A program made the position numbers and the translations under genes. A stretch of 62,915 bases of DNA, counting the filler, from Nemertoderma westbladi (lineage: Eukaryota; Animalia; Xenacoelomorpha), in NCBI GenBank assembly GCA_032718475.1. It is 4 parts of 4 records of this genome, joined end to end, with 100 filler letters (N's around TTAATTAATTAA, not from the genome) between each part and the next. Parts side by side here need not be neighbours in the genome. Positions count along the whole stretch, not along the records: positions 1 to 23,145 come from JAUCBJ010006369.1; 3 more parts are not named here. One strand, given 5' to 3'. Of the stretch, positions 12,922-23,245 are shown one piece after another. The notes under the pieces are model-generated. The model did no database searches and was not told the DNA's origin. It saw nothing but the letters and a program-made list of their open reading frames with translations. Each line of letters starts with the position of its first letter. Position 1 is the stretch's first letter.

Positions 12922-14619
12922 TCAAATGAAAAACTGGGCGACAAAGTTACCAAGTCCAATCAGAATAATAAAAGAGTGAATTATTAGTTTGAATGGAGAC
13001 AAAGTACCTTTCTCCCGTTCTTCTAGAATGTAGACTAGACAAGGAAGTGTAGCGACATAGGCGAGCCCGCAGAACGCCCCAGAGAACCTGATGATGGTCC
13101 CAATATCCGGGACAAATCGAGCTATAGTACAGCAAAAACCAATGAGGATGACGTTAAGCACAATAACGTGGACCATGCTCGGGTAGATACTCTTAAACAC
13201 AGCGTAGAAGAACTGAATCCTGAAGATGTATAGGAGAAGTGGGAAGACAGTAAACATCTGGAAGAGAAGACACAGTCGAGCTATAAAGGCGAGGATGTCA
13301 GAAGGTAGGAAATTATCAAGGAAGTTAGATGTGATGCACCACTTCTGTTCTGGGAATGTTACGTAGAAGACACTGCCGACATATATGTAGGTGAGAGCGC
13401 CGAGGAGATAGGCAATGAACAAGTCTCTGGAGTTGTTCTCCGGGTTGCGTTGGTTACGTGCTATCGAGATGACACAGTTGTGAGTGAAGAACCCCAAGGA
13501 CAGGATTCCCGTGAGAACGGTGAAGGTTGGGGTAATTTCGGGAACATTCTGGGGAGAGCCAGACATGTCATATGAGAAGTTAAGTCCCCAGAAAATAGCC
13601 TTAATGGTTATTAATAGGATGATGTAGATGATGGCGACAGTACCAAGGGAGTTAAATTTAGTGAAGAAAGTCGGAGACTTAAGGTTCACAACGGGGAATA
13701 TTAAAAGGATTAAGAAAAAGGGTACTGTCTCGGGGTTGGACCATATTTTGGCGAATTCCCTTGCCGATGGGTCAATATCATCGGATGGATTACTCCACAT
13801 GAAAGGAGCAGAAGTGTAGTTAACAGTAGAGTTGCCAGTGTCGGTTGCCGGGCAATAGGAATCCGACCATTGGTTGATCTCATGGATATTAGAACCTCCG
13901 GTTACAACAGATTTGTAAGAGAAAACGACCATGTTGTACAGAAAGTTGGACATTAGCACCCAGTAAGCTGAAATCGCACCTACAACGGCAAGAAGAGAGA
14001 AAACTATAGAGGCACCTTCGCCTGCAGGGCCCATGTATTTGCGGCAAACGTCTGAGAAATCGATAAGATTGTCTTCTGTATCAGTAGTAACTGACAATTT
14101 ATCACTCTTCAAGGATGATGTCGATTTAAGAACAATATTGGCAGTATAGAAAGTCAGTCCGGCGGTTAGTACTGTTATAACTATACCGGTAGCAAAGCCT
14201 GCCTGTCCTACAGCCCAAGGGAGGCTGAGAGTGGAGGTTCCTAACATCGTAGACCACAGAGCGAATATGGTAACGACAGCGCTCTGAGTCCCCGGCACGG
14301 TTGCGAGGTTCAGCATAATGGTGAGGGGTTCCCTCGGGATCACATGGTCTGGCATCACGAGGCGGCGTCCGCTCGCGGTGTCAGTTAGTCGGTTGTAGTA
14401 GCGGTAGCGTTGGATGGAGGCGAGATCGGCTGCCGAATGGCGACGTGAGTTCTGTCCGGAAGGATCGCTGTGGTACGCGATGCGGTGTTTCTTGGCTACG
14501 TCCGATTGGTTGTCGCACATAGCGTTCCCCAAAACATTTCTCATCTTCCGTGACGTCACATCTCCCTTGAGTAACGGGGTAAATTCGTCGCTCTGCTCTA
14601 CTTCCGAAGGGCCACTCAT
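12922..14619 (-). CDS. SLC38A9: SLC38A9-like lysosomal amino-acid transporter/arginine sensor, single coding exon, 565 aa
   Basis: N-terminal RYYNRL...PDHVIP motif, TM1 VTIFALWSTMLGTSTLSLPW..QAGF..G, KSPTFFTKFNSLGT, FFTHNC, PENNSRDL, multi-TM hydrophobic pattern. ATG at 14619, with pyrimidine-rich CAG acceptor candidates just upstream. Confidence 0.95.
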   Translation of the reverse strand: MSGPSEVEQSDEFTPLLKGDVTSRKMRNVLGNAMCDNQSDVAKKHRIAYHSDPSGQNSRRHSAADLASIQRYRYYNRLTDTASGRRLVMPDHVIPREPLTIMLNLATVPGTQSAVVTIFALWSTMLGTSTLSLPWAVGQAGFATGIVITVLTAGLTFYTANIVLKSTSSLKSDKLSVTTDTEDNLIDFSDVCRKYMGPAGEGASIVFSLLAVVGAISAYWVLMSNFLYNMVVFSYKSVVTGGSNIHEINQWSDSYCPATDTGNSTVNYTSAPFMWSNPSDDIDPSAREFAKIWSNPETVPFFLILLIFPVVNLKSPTFFTKFNSLGTVAIIYIILLITIKAIFWGLNFSYDMSGSPQNVPEITPTFTVLTGILSLGFFTHNCVISIARNQRNPENNSRDLFIAYLLGALTYIYVGSVFYVTFPEQKWCITSNFLDNFLPSDILAFIARLCLLFQMFTVFPLLLYIFRIQFFYAVFKSIYPSMVHVIVLNVILIGFCCTIARFVPDIGTIIRFSGAFCGLAYVATLPCLVYILEEREKGTLSPFKLIIHSFIILIGLGNFVAQFFI

Positions 14620-15599
14620 TTTGCAATTTTGGTTGTAAGTACTGAAGTAAGTGCTGAAGTGTATAATGAAAGGTACAGGTACAGAGGTACACAACACACA
14701 CAGTACTGCAGTATCAGAGTCTTCCAGTAGGGAACGTACTGTATAGGCCTATATCTGTATATAGGCCATGGTACACAGCCGCGGATCCACAATAGGGGCG
14801 CGTGGCGCCGCGCACCATAGAATTTTTGAGAAGGAAAATAAAAAGAGTAAAATTTCTAAAAATACATTGTTTTAGATTTATTATTGATAGTTACGATAAA
14901 ACATACAAGGTCCGTCAACACTCGATAACCCCAAGCGGAATCCACATTCACAACTTCCATATCCATACCATCATCCACAATATAAAATCGCTGTAAACCT
15001 TCCCAAGGGCGCGCTCCATGTAGGGGGGTATCACCTTGGCGTAATACTGTAGATCAGCAGTATGGAGTTATGGGCTGGCTATACATTGTAGAGCTAGAAA
15101 CATGGCCTTGCTTTACCTGAACTGAAAGACCACTAACAACCCATGTAATGGTAAAGCATCAACCATGGGGCCATTTGTAAAGTATATTGCTGTTATATTT
15201 GGTGGGTCGGGTCTCTGCAAGCCAAACCAATTATATTTGTGAACTACTAGCTACTACTGGGAGGGAAAGGGAATTCTTTGAAGTTCACCGTGTTGTCTCC
15301 AATGCCCAAACCTCAATAATATAGCCAGGAGCGAAGGAGGCTACCTCTACAAACCCTCCAGAGATTGGCTAAATGTCTGGTCATATATCTTATCCAAGGC
15401 GCTACATTGGTTTGGTAGCAAGCACCTTCCTCATCATACACTTATGTGTGGCAGCCAGCCAAGCTCAGAACCACATTAATTGAACGGAAGAAAAGACCTT
15501 GCCTCCTAACCTTAACACAATAGCTCCAAGATGATTGGACAAAGGACTTTACACCAAAATGGTGGTGAATGCCTGTTAAAGGAATGCCTGTTCACCACC

Positions 15600-17076
15600 A
15601 TGGGTGATCTTCCAGTATATTTCCCAAGTTGCCTTGGTTCCCACTTACCGACCTTCCAAGGGGTAACAGACGTTTCGGTCTAAGACGTTTTGGCCTAGGA
15701 CATTTCGTTCCAATAAATGAAATACAAGATTTGCTTGTCGGACGTTTTGGCCCAAAGATTCACTTTACTCCCTTAAATAAACTATTAATAATAAGTTATT
15801 CAATATATTTGTTTTGTAGTTGTTACGTTCGTTACAAGAGGAGTTGTCAGTAGCTGCTCCGACACTTGTTTGAAAGTCGTCAAGATCGAAGTTCTACATT
15901 ATATTTATAAATAATAACTAATGTAATATTATTATTATTATTATTTATTAATATAAATTTACACCATACTGTAACGTAGAACTACGATAACATATGCTGA
16001 TAAATTAACTTTAGTTAATACAGTTAGATAATTAAAAGTAAGTAATAGTAAAGGTAATAGGTAAAGTAATAAAGGTAAAGTAATAGTTAAAAACATACGT
16101 ATTTTAAAATGTGAGTCAATAAATAAAGTACATTAAAATACACCGAATTAAAATTATTACTGTATTTTAATGTTAGACTTAAAAATATAATAGATAAGAA
16201 ATATTCCATTAAAGGAGCATTGCTAATAATTATGACATAGACTGGATGTCATATAGAATGCGATAAAATATATGCGTATTAAATTTAGATGAAATATATG
16301 GGTATTAAATTTAAATTTAGAGGAAATATATGCGTATTAAAAGGACCAGAGTGGATGTGAAATGAAATAAAATATGTATTAATAAAAGCATTACGTCGTT
16401 ATCTATGGGTATAAATCATCTATCATCGAGATGAGTGTTATTGTTTCAGCAGATCATTAAGACATAGCTGCAACACATTGTCCAGCTACAAGAATTATCA
16501 ATTTAGTAATGTTTAAAATTAATGAAGTATCTCCAAAATATATCGATCAGACGAGATTAAAGCCCTAAATGGTTCGTGAAATTGATTCGCTTTAGTAGTT
16601 TATTAGCAATGTGGTACTCGGTACCAAACGTTTTGTTCTGACATGCATTTTTTCGGCCGCAAAACATAATGGGGCAGAGCACCACATGCATAATGTTTAT
16701 TTTATTTTGATTGAAATAAATTAAATAACCATTTCATGAAAGATATTTCATAAAGTGTTTATATGTTATTGTGAAATTATAATAATTTTAATGAATAATT
16801 ATTATCATATCAAACAAGTTGGCCTTTTCGTTCGGTTACAGTCATGGGCCGAAACGTCCGGGCCGAATCGTCCGGGCCGAAATGTCCGGGCCGAAACGTC
16901 CTGGACCGAAACGTCCTAGGCCAAAACGTCTGTATACCCTTCCAAGGATGAAAGCCCGGGTTGGGCTAGGCAGCTGCATTTAAAGCATCGTGCCCAAATA
17001 ATGCTGCCCCATCTAGGGATCGAACCAGGACTTCCTGAATGGAAGCCCAGGAATGTCACCACTAGACCAAGCTGCT
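15600..17076 (-). mobile_element. tRNA-derived SINE, interrupted by a MITE at 15662-16938
   Basis: Minus-strand Pol III A box TGGTCTAGTGG (17059-17069), B box GGTTCGATCCC (17016-17026), TCC anticodon-like loop. The body rejoins across the MITE as GCTTTCATCCTTGGAAGGTCGGTAAGTGGGAACC. 3' limit uncertain. Confidence 0.75.
15662..16938. mobile_element. MULE-like MITE with subterminal tandem repeats
   Basis: Ends GGTAACAGACGTTT / AAACGTCTGTATACC, arrays of GGCCGAAACGTCC in inverted orientation, 9-bp TSD CTTCCAAGG (15653-15661, 16939-16947). Confidence 0.85.
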
Positions 17077-18473
17077 TAATTTGTTACTAATTATTATTTA
17101 ATATATAGGCCTATGATTTAAATAAATTATCATTATTTCATCTCCTAGAATTAATAACTGTCAATCCGTTAAATGTTCAATGAGTAATAACTATTTACAT
17201 ACTTGTGTGTAAAGTAGCACTTTACAGTGTGATGATCCGAGTGGCTTTGTTTACACGAACGAACGTAGTGAGTGAGTCCAAATAAAGTCACGAGGATCAG
17301 AACACTGTAAAGTACTTTGTAACAAGTGAATGTAGTTTTATTCCAAAATTGTAACATTACGAAATTATTGTATATATATTTATAAGTGATAGAAATTGCA
17401 CAAATTAAATTAGTTGCTGTATAAAAAATAAATGTAAAAATGACATAAATTATGTTATAAAAAAGTTAGCTTATATTTATGGTGGCGTTTGGAGCCATGT
17501 TAATAGTTTATAGCTACTGGTTATTAATAGCTACAGGTAGGTAATGCAGTAGGCCTATCTTTCTGACTGGCAATTAATATTAATTAAAACCTATTGTTTA
17601 CGTGGTAACCGCAACGACGCCGTAACATTACAGCTCGCCGTCGGGACATTACGACATAATAATACACCAATACAATACTAAATGTACAGGCCAATACAAT
17701 ACTGTACTTTCCTCTAAAGTTTTAAAGAGCTAAATAACAACTCGATGTTAATACTAACGGCATTGAGTAATGTTACTATTTTGGAATAAAATAAATATTT
17801 TTAAAATTAAATAAAATATTTTTAGTCATCGAATATCCTGAATAATCCATAGAAAATGGTGATGTGCTGGTGTGGTGGATGGTGCTTCCCTACCTTATGT
17901 ACACATTTAAACTTTGCAATATAGTAGATTTTTGTCGTTGTTTGCAATTTTCGTATAACGTTTCATATAGTTTCCGTGCGGTTACATGTCAGTCTCCTTT
18001 GAATGTTCATGCCCTATTGATGTGTCCAATAAAGGTTTGTATTATAAATAGAAAAAAAAAATAATAAAAAAAATATAATCGCTAGAAAATATCAGATAAT
18101 CGAATGACACATTTTATAATTTTTGCATGAAAATTTTATATTAAAATCTAAATAATAATCCGGGGTGTGAGTCCGTCCCCTTTCCCCTCACCAGGGCAAC
18201 AGGGGTTCTACCCCACGGAAACCGCTGGGGCAGCGCCCTTAGACCAAAAGATAAACTTCACAAATTGTGCGCACCATAGAAATTAAATTCCTGGATCCGC
18301 CCCTGATGGTACAGGGTAGAGTACGGTGCGTTGGTTATACCAGCAGCAGTTTTAGGGCTTTTATTTTCTGTAGATCTGAAAAATAACAAGTGACGGGTTG
18401 TAAAGAAACGGTCATAAAAAAAACAATCCACTGGTAGCGCTTACGAATTTGAGTTCCTGGTTACAAATCTGAG

Positions 18474-18655
18474 TTTAAGAATGCTGTGCCGGCTTGTCTA
18501 CAAAATTGCGCCGCCACAATTCCCTATCACCAATGACATTTGCTAGATCATCCGCATCTTCATTCAAGGCCAGTGTCCTTTAAGATGCGTCTCCAGAAAG
18601 TCATGGGCTGTCCACCATGCTTATTCACTCCATGAGACTGCCAAAGTACAAGACT
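18474..18655 (-). mobile_element. RTE LINE 3' fragment
   Basis: Near-identical to about 1698-1875. Confidence 0.9.
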
Positions 18656-18711
18656 ATTTACAAGTCTACTGGTCCATTTACAAGTTACTTTATAGAACTG
18701 TAGATATCCTC

Positions 18712-18970
18712 TAGTAGTGAGTGCAGCTGAAGATGTTCAACCAGTAGTGAGTGTAGCTGAAGATGTTTAACCAGTACTGAGTGTAACTGAAGATGCTTAA
18801 CTGGTAGTGAGAGTAACTGGAGATGTTCAACCGGTAGTGAGTGTAGCTGGATATGTTCAACCGGTAGTAAGTGTAGCTGACGATGTTCAACCAGTACTGA
18901 GTGTAACTGGAGATGTTCAACTGGTAGTGAGAGTAACTGGAGATGTTCAACTGGTAGTGAGTGTAGCTAC
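18712..18970. repeat. 30-bp minisatellite, about 8-9 copies
   Basis: Unit CCAGTAGTGAGTGTAGCTGAAGATGTTCAA; a further partial unit lies at about 19808-19848. Confidence 0.95.
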
Positions 18971-18973
18971 TGT

Positions 18974-19800
18974 AGCTCCTCAGCTCATTAGAACAGGCTG
19001 CTTCAAGTGTTGGTCTTTTTGTTAACTCCAAGAAGGCCACAATTTTAACAGTTAATTTTGAAAGTCCTCAGGAAATATCTGATCGTATGTGCATAAGCTC
19101 AAATAATGGTATGCTTGTGCATGTGGACCTTCCTGTAACTTGGGATCATGGATCCGGAAGTCAGATGAGGACCTTCGAATACGTAAGGGAAAGGCATGGG
19201 CAGCCTTGAAAAGGCTTTCCAGGATTTGGAAGTCACAGATAATTAATCGGAAACTTAAGGTCCGATTATTTAGAGCAGCAATAGTCCCAGACTCCTCTAT
19301 GGGAGTCCATGCTGGGCTCTAACTGCTGAGGACATCAAATCTCTGGATAGTACATTTACAAGAATGGTGGTACGTTGGGGTCAATGTGTCAAGTACAAAG
19401 CTCACACATCTCCAACCAGACATTATATAACATTGGAGGTGTCTTATTGGTTCCCCCAAGCTTGACACTTGAACAAAGCCGCCTCCGCTTTGCAAGAGAG
19501 ATAGTTTTCGCAGTGAGGACCAGCCTGTGTAGTGCACAATCTTGTGCTTTGGCAGCCCCATGGAGAAAATAAGCATGGTGGCAGCCCATGACTTTTGTGA
19601 GACGCCTCTTAAAGGACACTGGTTTTGTAGATGCGAATAGGCGATAGGGAGTTGTGGCGGTGAATCTTTGTTGATAAGCCGGCATAGCATTCTTAATGCA
19701 CCCTGCATTGGGTTTGCCAATTGTGGATTGCATGGTGGTAGCAAAATATTTTTGTTAAGCCAGCATCTCAATGACCAGTTTCAATGCAGCAGTCCGATTA
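18974..19800 (+). mobile_element. RTE LINE 5'-truncated decayed copy
   Basis: Reverse-complement homolog of about 1670-2428; translates to GSWIRKSDEDLRIRKGKAWAAL and HISNQTLYNIGGV with frameshifts. Confidence 0.9.
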
Positions 19801-20204
19801 TAGAGATAAGCTGGAGATGTTCAATCGGTAGTGAGTGAAGATGTTCATGGTGAAGCAATGACAAATCGAGATTTATCTGTTTTAGAAGTTTACAACAACA
19901 ATATCAGAGATGATGATGGAACAGGACTTCAGCCGGTAATTGTAGAAAGTTTTGAGACAATAATAATTGAGAAGGGATTGTTTTATCTCTTAGGCCTACC
20001 GATTCTCATAGTATCAATCTTGAGTATGACACTCTACCGGATCCTATGGCAATCAATCGCGGGTTAAATGACGAGCAATCAATGCTGACGGAAGATGGTG
20101 AACATAAATTAGTTTCCCACAGCTAGCAGTGGCAGGATGACCACGATCCTGACATCGCAAACAGTTATAAAAATAGGGAGTCTGGCCTGTCCCATGGAAT
20201 AAAA

Positions 20205-20987
20205 CGGAATCTAAAGGTTCGATTCTCTTTAGAGCAGCAGTAGACCAGTACTCGAATATGGGAGTCTATGCTGGCTTCTAACTGCAGAGGATACCAAATT
20301 TCTGGATGGCACTTTCACAAGAATGATGCGCCGGGTTCATTGTGTCAAGTACAATGGACACATCTCCAATCAGACTCTATACAAGATTGGAGGAAACATC
20401 CATTAGTCTTCCTTTGCTTGACACTTGACCTGAACCGCCTCCGCTTTGCAGGACATTGCTTTCGTCGTGAGAACCAGCCAGTGCATAATATTGTGCTCTG
20501 GCGAATAAATAAACATGGTGGATAGCCCATGCCTTTCTTGGGACGCCAGTTAAAGGCGTATCTAAACACTGGCCTTGAAGATGCGAATAATCTAGCAAAT
20601 GTCATGGGTGGTAGGGAGATGTGACAGCGCAATTTTGTTGACAAGCCGGCATAGCATTATTCATATATATGTAATACATACAGATAGGGGGGGGGGGGGG
20701 GAAACTGGACGCAATAAAAATCATCTCATCCCTCTCCAGGGGAAATTGGACGCCGATAACAGATGATTACTCTCAAGAATCAAACTGTAACCTGTTCTAT
20801 TGCGTTTAGTTTATTGTTTTGGTTAAAATATCGTGCCACTGTAACCTGCTCCCTTCCCTAAATTGAGAATTTAACATTGAGGCGGGATATTAATTCGCCA
20901 AGGCGGGTTTTGCGTCGAGTTCCCCCCCTGTTTCAATACATAATAATGCAGTTACAATGCAGCATGCTGATAGTAGAAGTAGTAGTT
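20205..20987 (+). mobile_element. RTE LINE older 3' fragment, with a MITE inserted in the 3' UTR
   Basis: Encodes NRLRFAGHCFRRENQPVHNIVLW. The 3' UTR resumes after 20930 with AATGCAGTTACAATGCAGCATGCTGATAGTAG. Confidence 0.85.
20681..20930 (+). mobile_element. About 250-bp MITE, copy 1 of 3
   Basis: CAG..G-run..GGACGCAATAAAAA / TTTTGCGTCGAGTTCCCCCCCTG ends; homologous to 53220-53490 and to the reverse strand of 55294-55510. Confidence 0.85.
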
Positions 20988-22320
20988 ATAAAAATAATGG
21001 TAATATTACAGTGTTTCTAATATAAGAGCTTTGCTTTATTGGACTCTTAGACCCACTAATAAGTCATTTAATGGGCCAGACTGTATCTGATAAAACCCCA
21101 CATGCTAAAGATAACCCCCCTTAATTGTATGTTCTAACCTAACTATTTTGTTGCACAATCTGGCAAAACAACAGATATCAAATTAAATGGTCTAAAATGC
21201 GATCTACCTCTAAAAATATGTGCCCAAACAAATTATACGCTATTATAGATTATATTTAGTCAAAAATTAGATCGCAATACTCAAGATTTCTTAAAATATT
21301 CAGTTTTTTTCGTTTTTCTCAAAACTACAAAAATCGACTTAGGGGTTTTTGTCGAATTACCGACGACATAGAAGGCCATATTCCCACGTATAACTGAGAT
21401 ATTTATCGATTTAAAACCACCTAACTGTATATGCCAGTTTTGCATAGACTCCATGATAAAGAAATTTTTTTAAAACAACCTTTATACTGTAATTCATTTT
21501 ACTATTAGAAATAAAGTAAACCCCGGAAACCGGAGATTTGATTTATATTTTTAAAACTTAATAATCGAATTTTTCTTAAGGGTTATAATGCTTTTTGTGT
21601 AAACATTGTAAAAAATGTAATAATTTTTTTAAAACAACCAATATCCCTATACAAAGTTTCCTACCTAATATGTTACATAATTCCAATACCATAACTGTTT
21701 TTGTTTAAAATCGTTACATTTAATGGATTTAAAAGTAAATAAGATCAAAATCTTGGAATATTACTTGCAAACAAAATTAGAATCAAAAATGCCGATTTAA
21801 AGGAAAAGTCAATTTTGTCATTTAGGTTGTTTGAAAAGGAAAAGGAAGAAAAATCATACTTGTTTCAATTTTTTTTAATGATAATTTCACAATTTTAACA
21901 TAAAACTTTTAACGCAGACACTTGCTTGTGATGTTCATGGTAACAGCCTGCCCTAGTATTTTAGGCGTCGATGCCTCCCCTCTACGTCGTTGAAAGTTCA
22001 TATCTCCGCTATTTTATATACAGGCACCTATGTCCTATATGCCGTTACCTGTATCGTCACCTAGGTCGGCACCTCTGATGGTACATGTGTCGGCACCTAT
22101 GCTGACACTTACTGTATGTAGGCACATGTGTCGGCACATATGGCGGCACCCTTCGCTATTCCATTATTCAACTTTCAGATATTATATAACTGTTTGCCTA
22201 TTAACATTATATAAATGTTATACTTTTTGAATTTCCGAAGATTCTACCCCAAATCTGAAATGAATAACTGCAATTAACATTATTCATATTTCGCTATATT
22301 ATTCCTATTACTAATACTAC

Positions 22321-22710
22321 AGTCCCGCTCACCAACAGAGTGCCATTAAATCCGATCTCAACCGATCGGATCCGATAGTCCCGCTTACCAACAGAGTGCC
22401 ATCGGATCCGATCTCAACCGATCGGATCCGATAGTCCCGCTTACCAACAGAGTGCCATTAGATCCGATCTCAACCGATCGGATCCGATAGTCCCGCTTAC
22501 CAACAGAGTGCCATTAGATCCGATCTCAACCGATCGGATCCGATAGTCCCGCTTACCAACAGAGTGCCATCGGATCCGATCTCAACCGATCGGATCCGAC
22601 AGTCCCGCCTTACCAACAGAGTGCCATCGGATCCGATCTCAACCGATCGGATCCGATAGTCCCGCTTACCAACAGAGTGCCATTATATCCGATCTCAACC
22701 GATCGGATCC
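22321..22710. repeat. 56-bp minisatellite, about 7 copies, with internal palindromes
   Basis: Unit AGTCCCGCTTACCAACAGAGTGCC-ATCGGATCCGAT-CTCAACCG-ATCGGATCCGAT; the first palindrome is mutated in some copies. Confidence 0.97.
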
Positions 22711-23145
22711 AACAACTTCAAACAGATTCAGACAACTTCCAACAACCTGTCAATCACTCAAACCACACTCAACTCCAACTATCTGTTTCTATATCATATA
22801 TCAATAAACTTTTTAATTAATTCCATAACACAATTTTTTGCCATTACATAGAACCAGCTTGTAGGCTTACTTATTGTTCATGGCATACAATAGCGATGTT
22901 GCTTTGCTATGTTTTAACTTATTAGAAGATTATATTTAACATAAACTTTGATCGCACCAGGATTAATAATATGATTGATAAAATCAATAATATATTAAGA
23001 ATATTATAATTAACTTATTAGAAGACCGTTAGGACTTCTTACTGTAAAACCCTAGAAATAGGCACACAAAAAGTTAAATTATTTTATTATTTTTTCTAAG
23101 CGGAGGTGGGGGGGGGGGGGGGTGCAACTCGTGGCAGCCACCCCC

Positions 23146-23245
23146 NNNNNNNNNNNNNNNNNNNNNNNNNNNNNNNNNNNNNNNNNNNNTTAATTAATTA
23201 ANNNNNNNNNNNNNNNNNNNNNNNNNNNNNNNNNNNNNNNNNNNN
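23146..23245. other. Artificial contig spacer
   Basis: N44 + TTAATTAATTAA (stops in all six frames) + N44. Confidence 0.98.

Larger units (their letters stand above)
14776..18305. mobile_element. Non-autonomous hAT element carrying nested insertions
   Basis: Imperfect TIRs CAGCCGCGGATCCAC / CTGGATCCGCCCCTG, perfect 8-bp TSD ATGGTACA (14768-14775, 18306-18313), subterminal GCGCACCATAGAA near both ends. Confidence 0.85.

Noticed and set aside
14620-14697. N-terminal extension of SLC38A9 in the ORF track
   Set aside because: Non-ATG start in a pyrimidine-rich, acceptor-like sequence; the ATG at 14619 gives a family-typical length.
17000-17076. Functional tRNA gene
   Set aside because: Acceptor and T stems are imperfect and the sequence continues into a SINE-like body.
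23190-23201. TTAATTAATTAA as a biological motif
   Set aside because: It is centred in identical N-padding three times, so it is an assembly linker.
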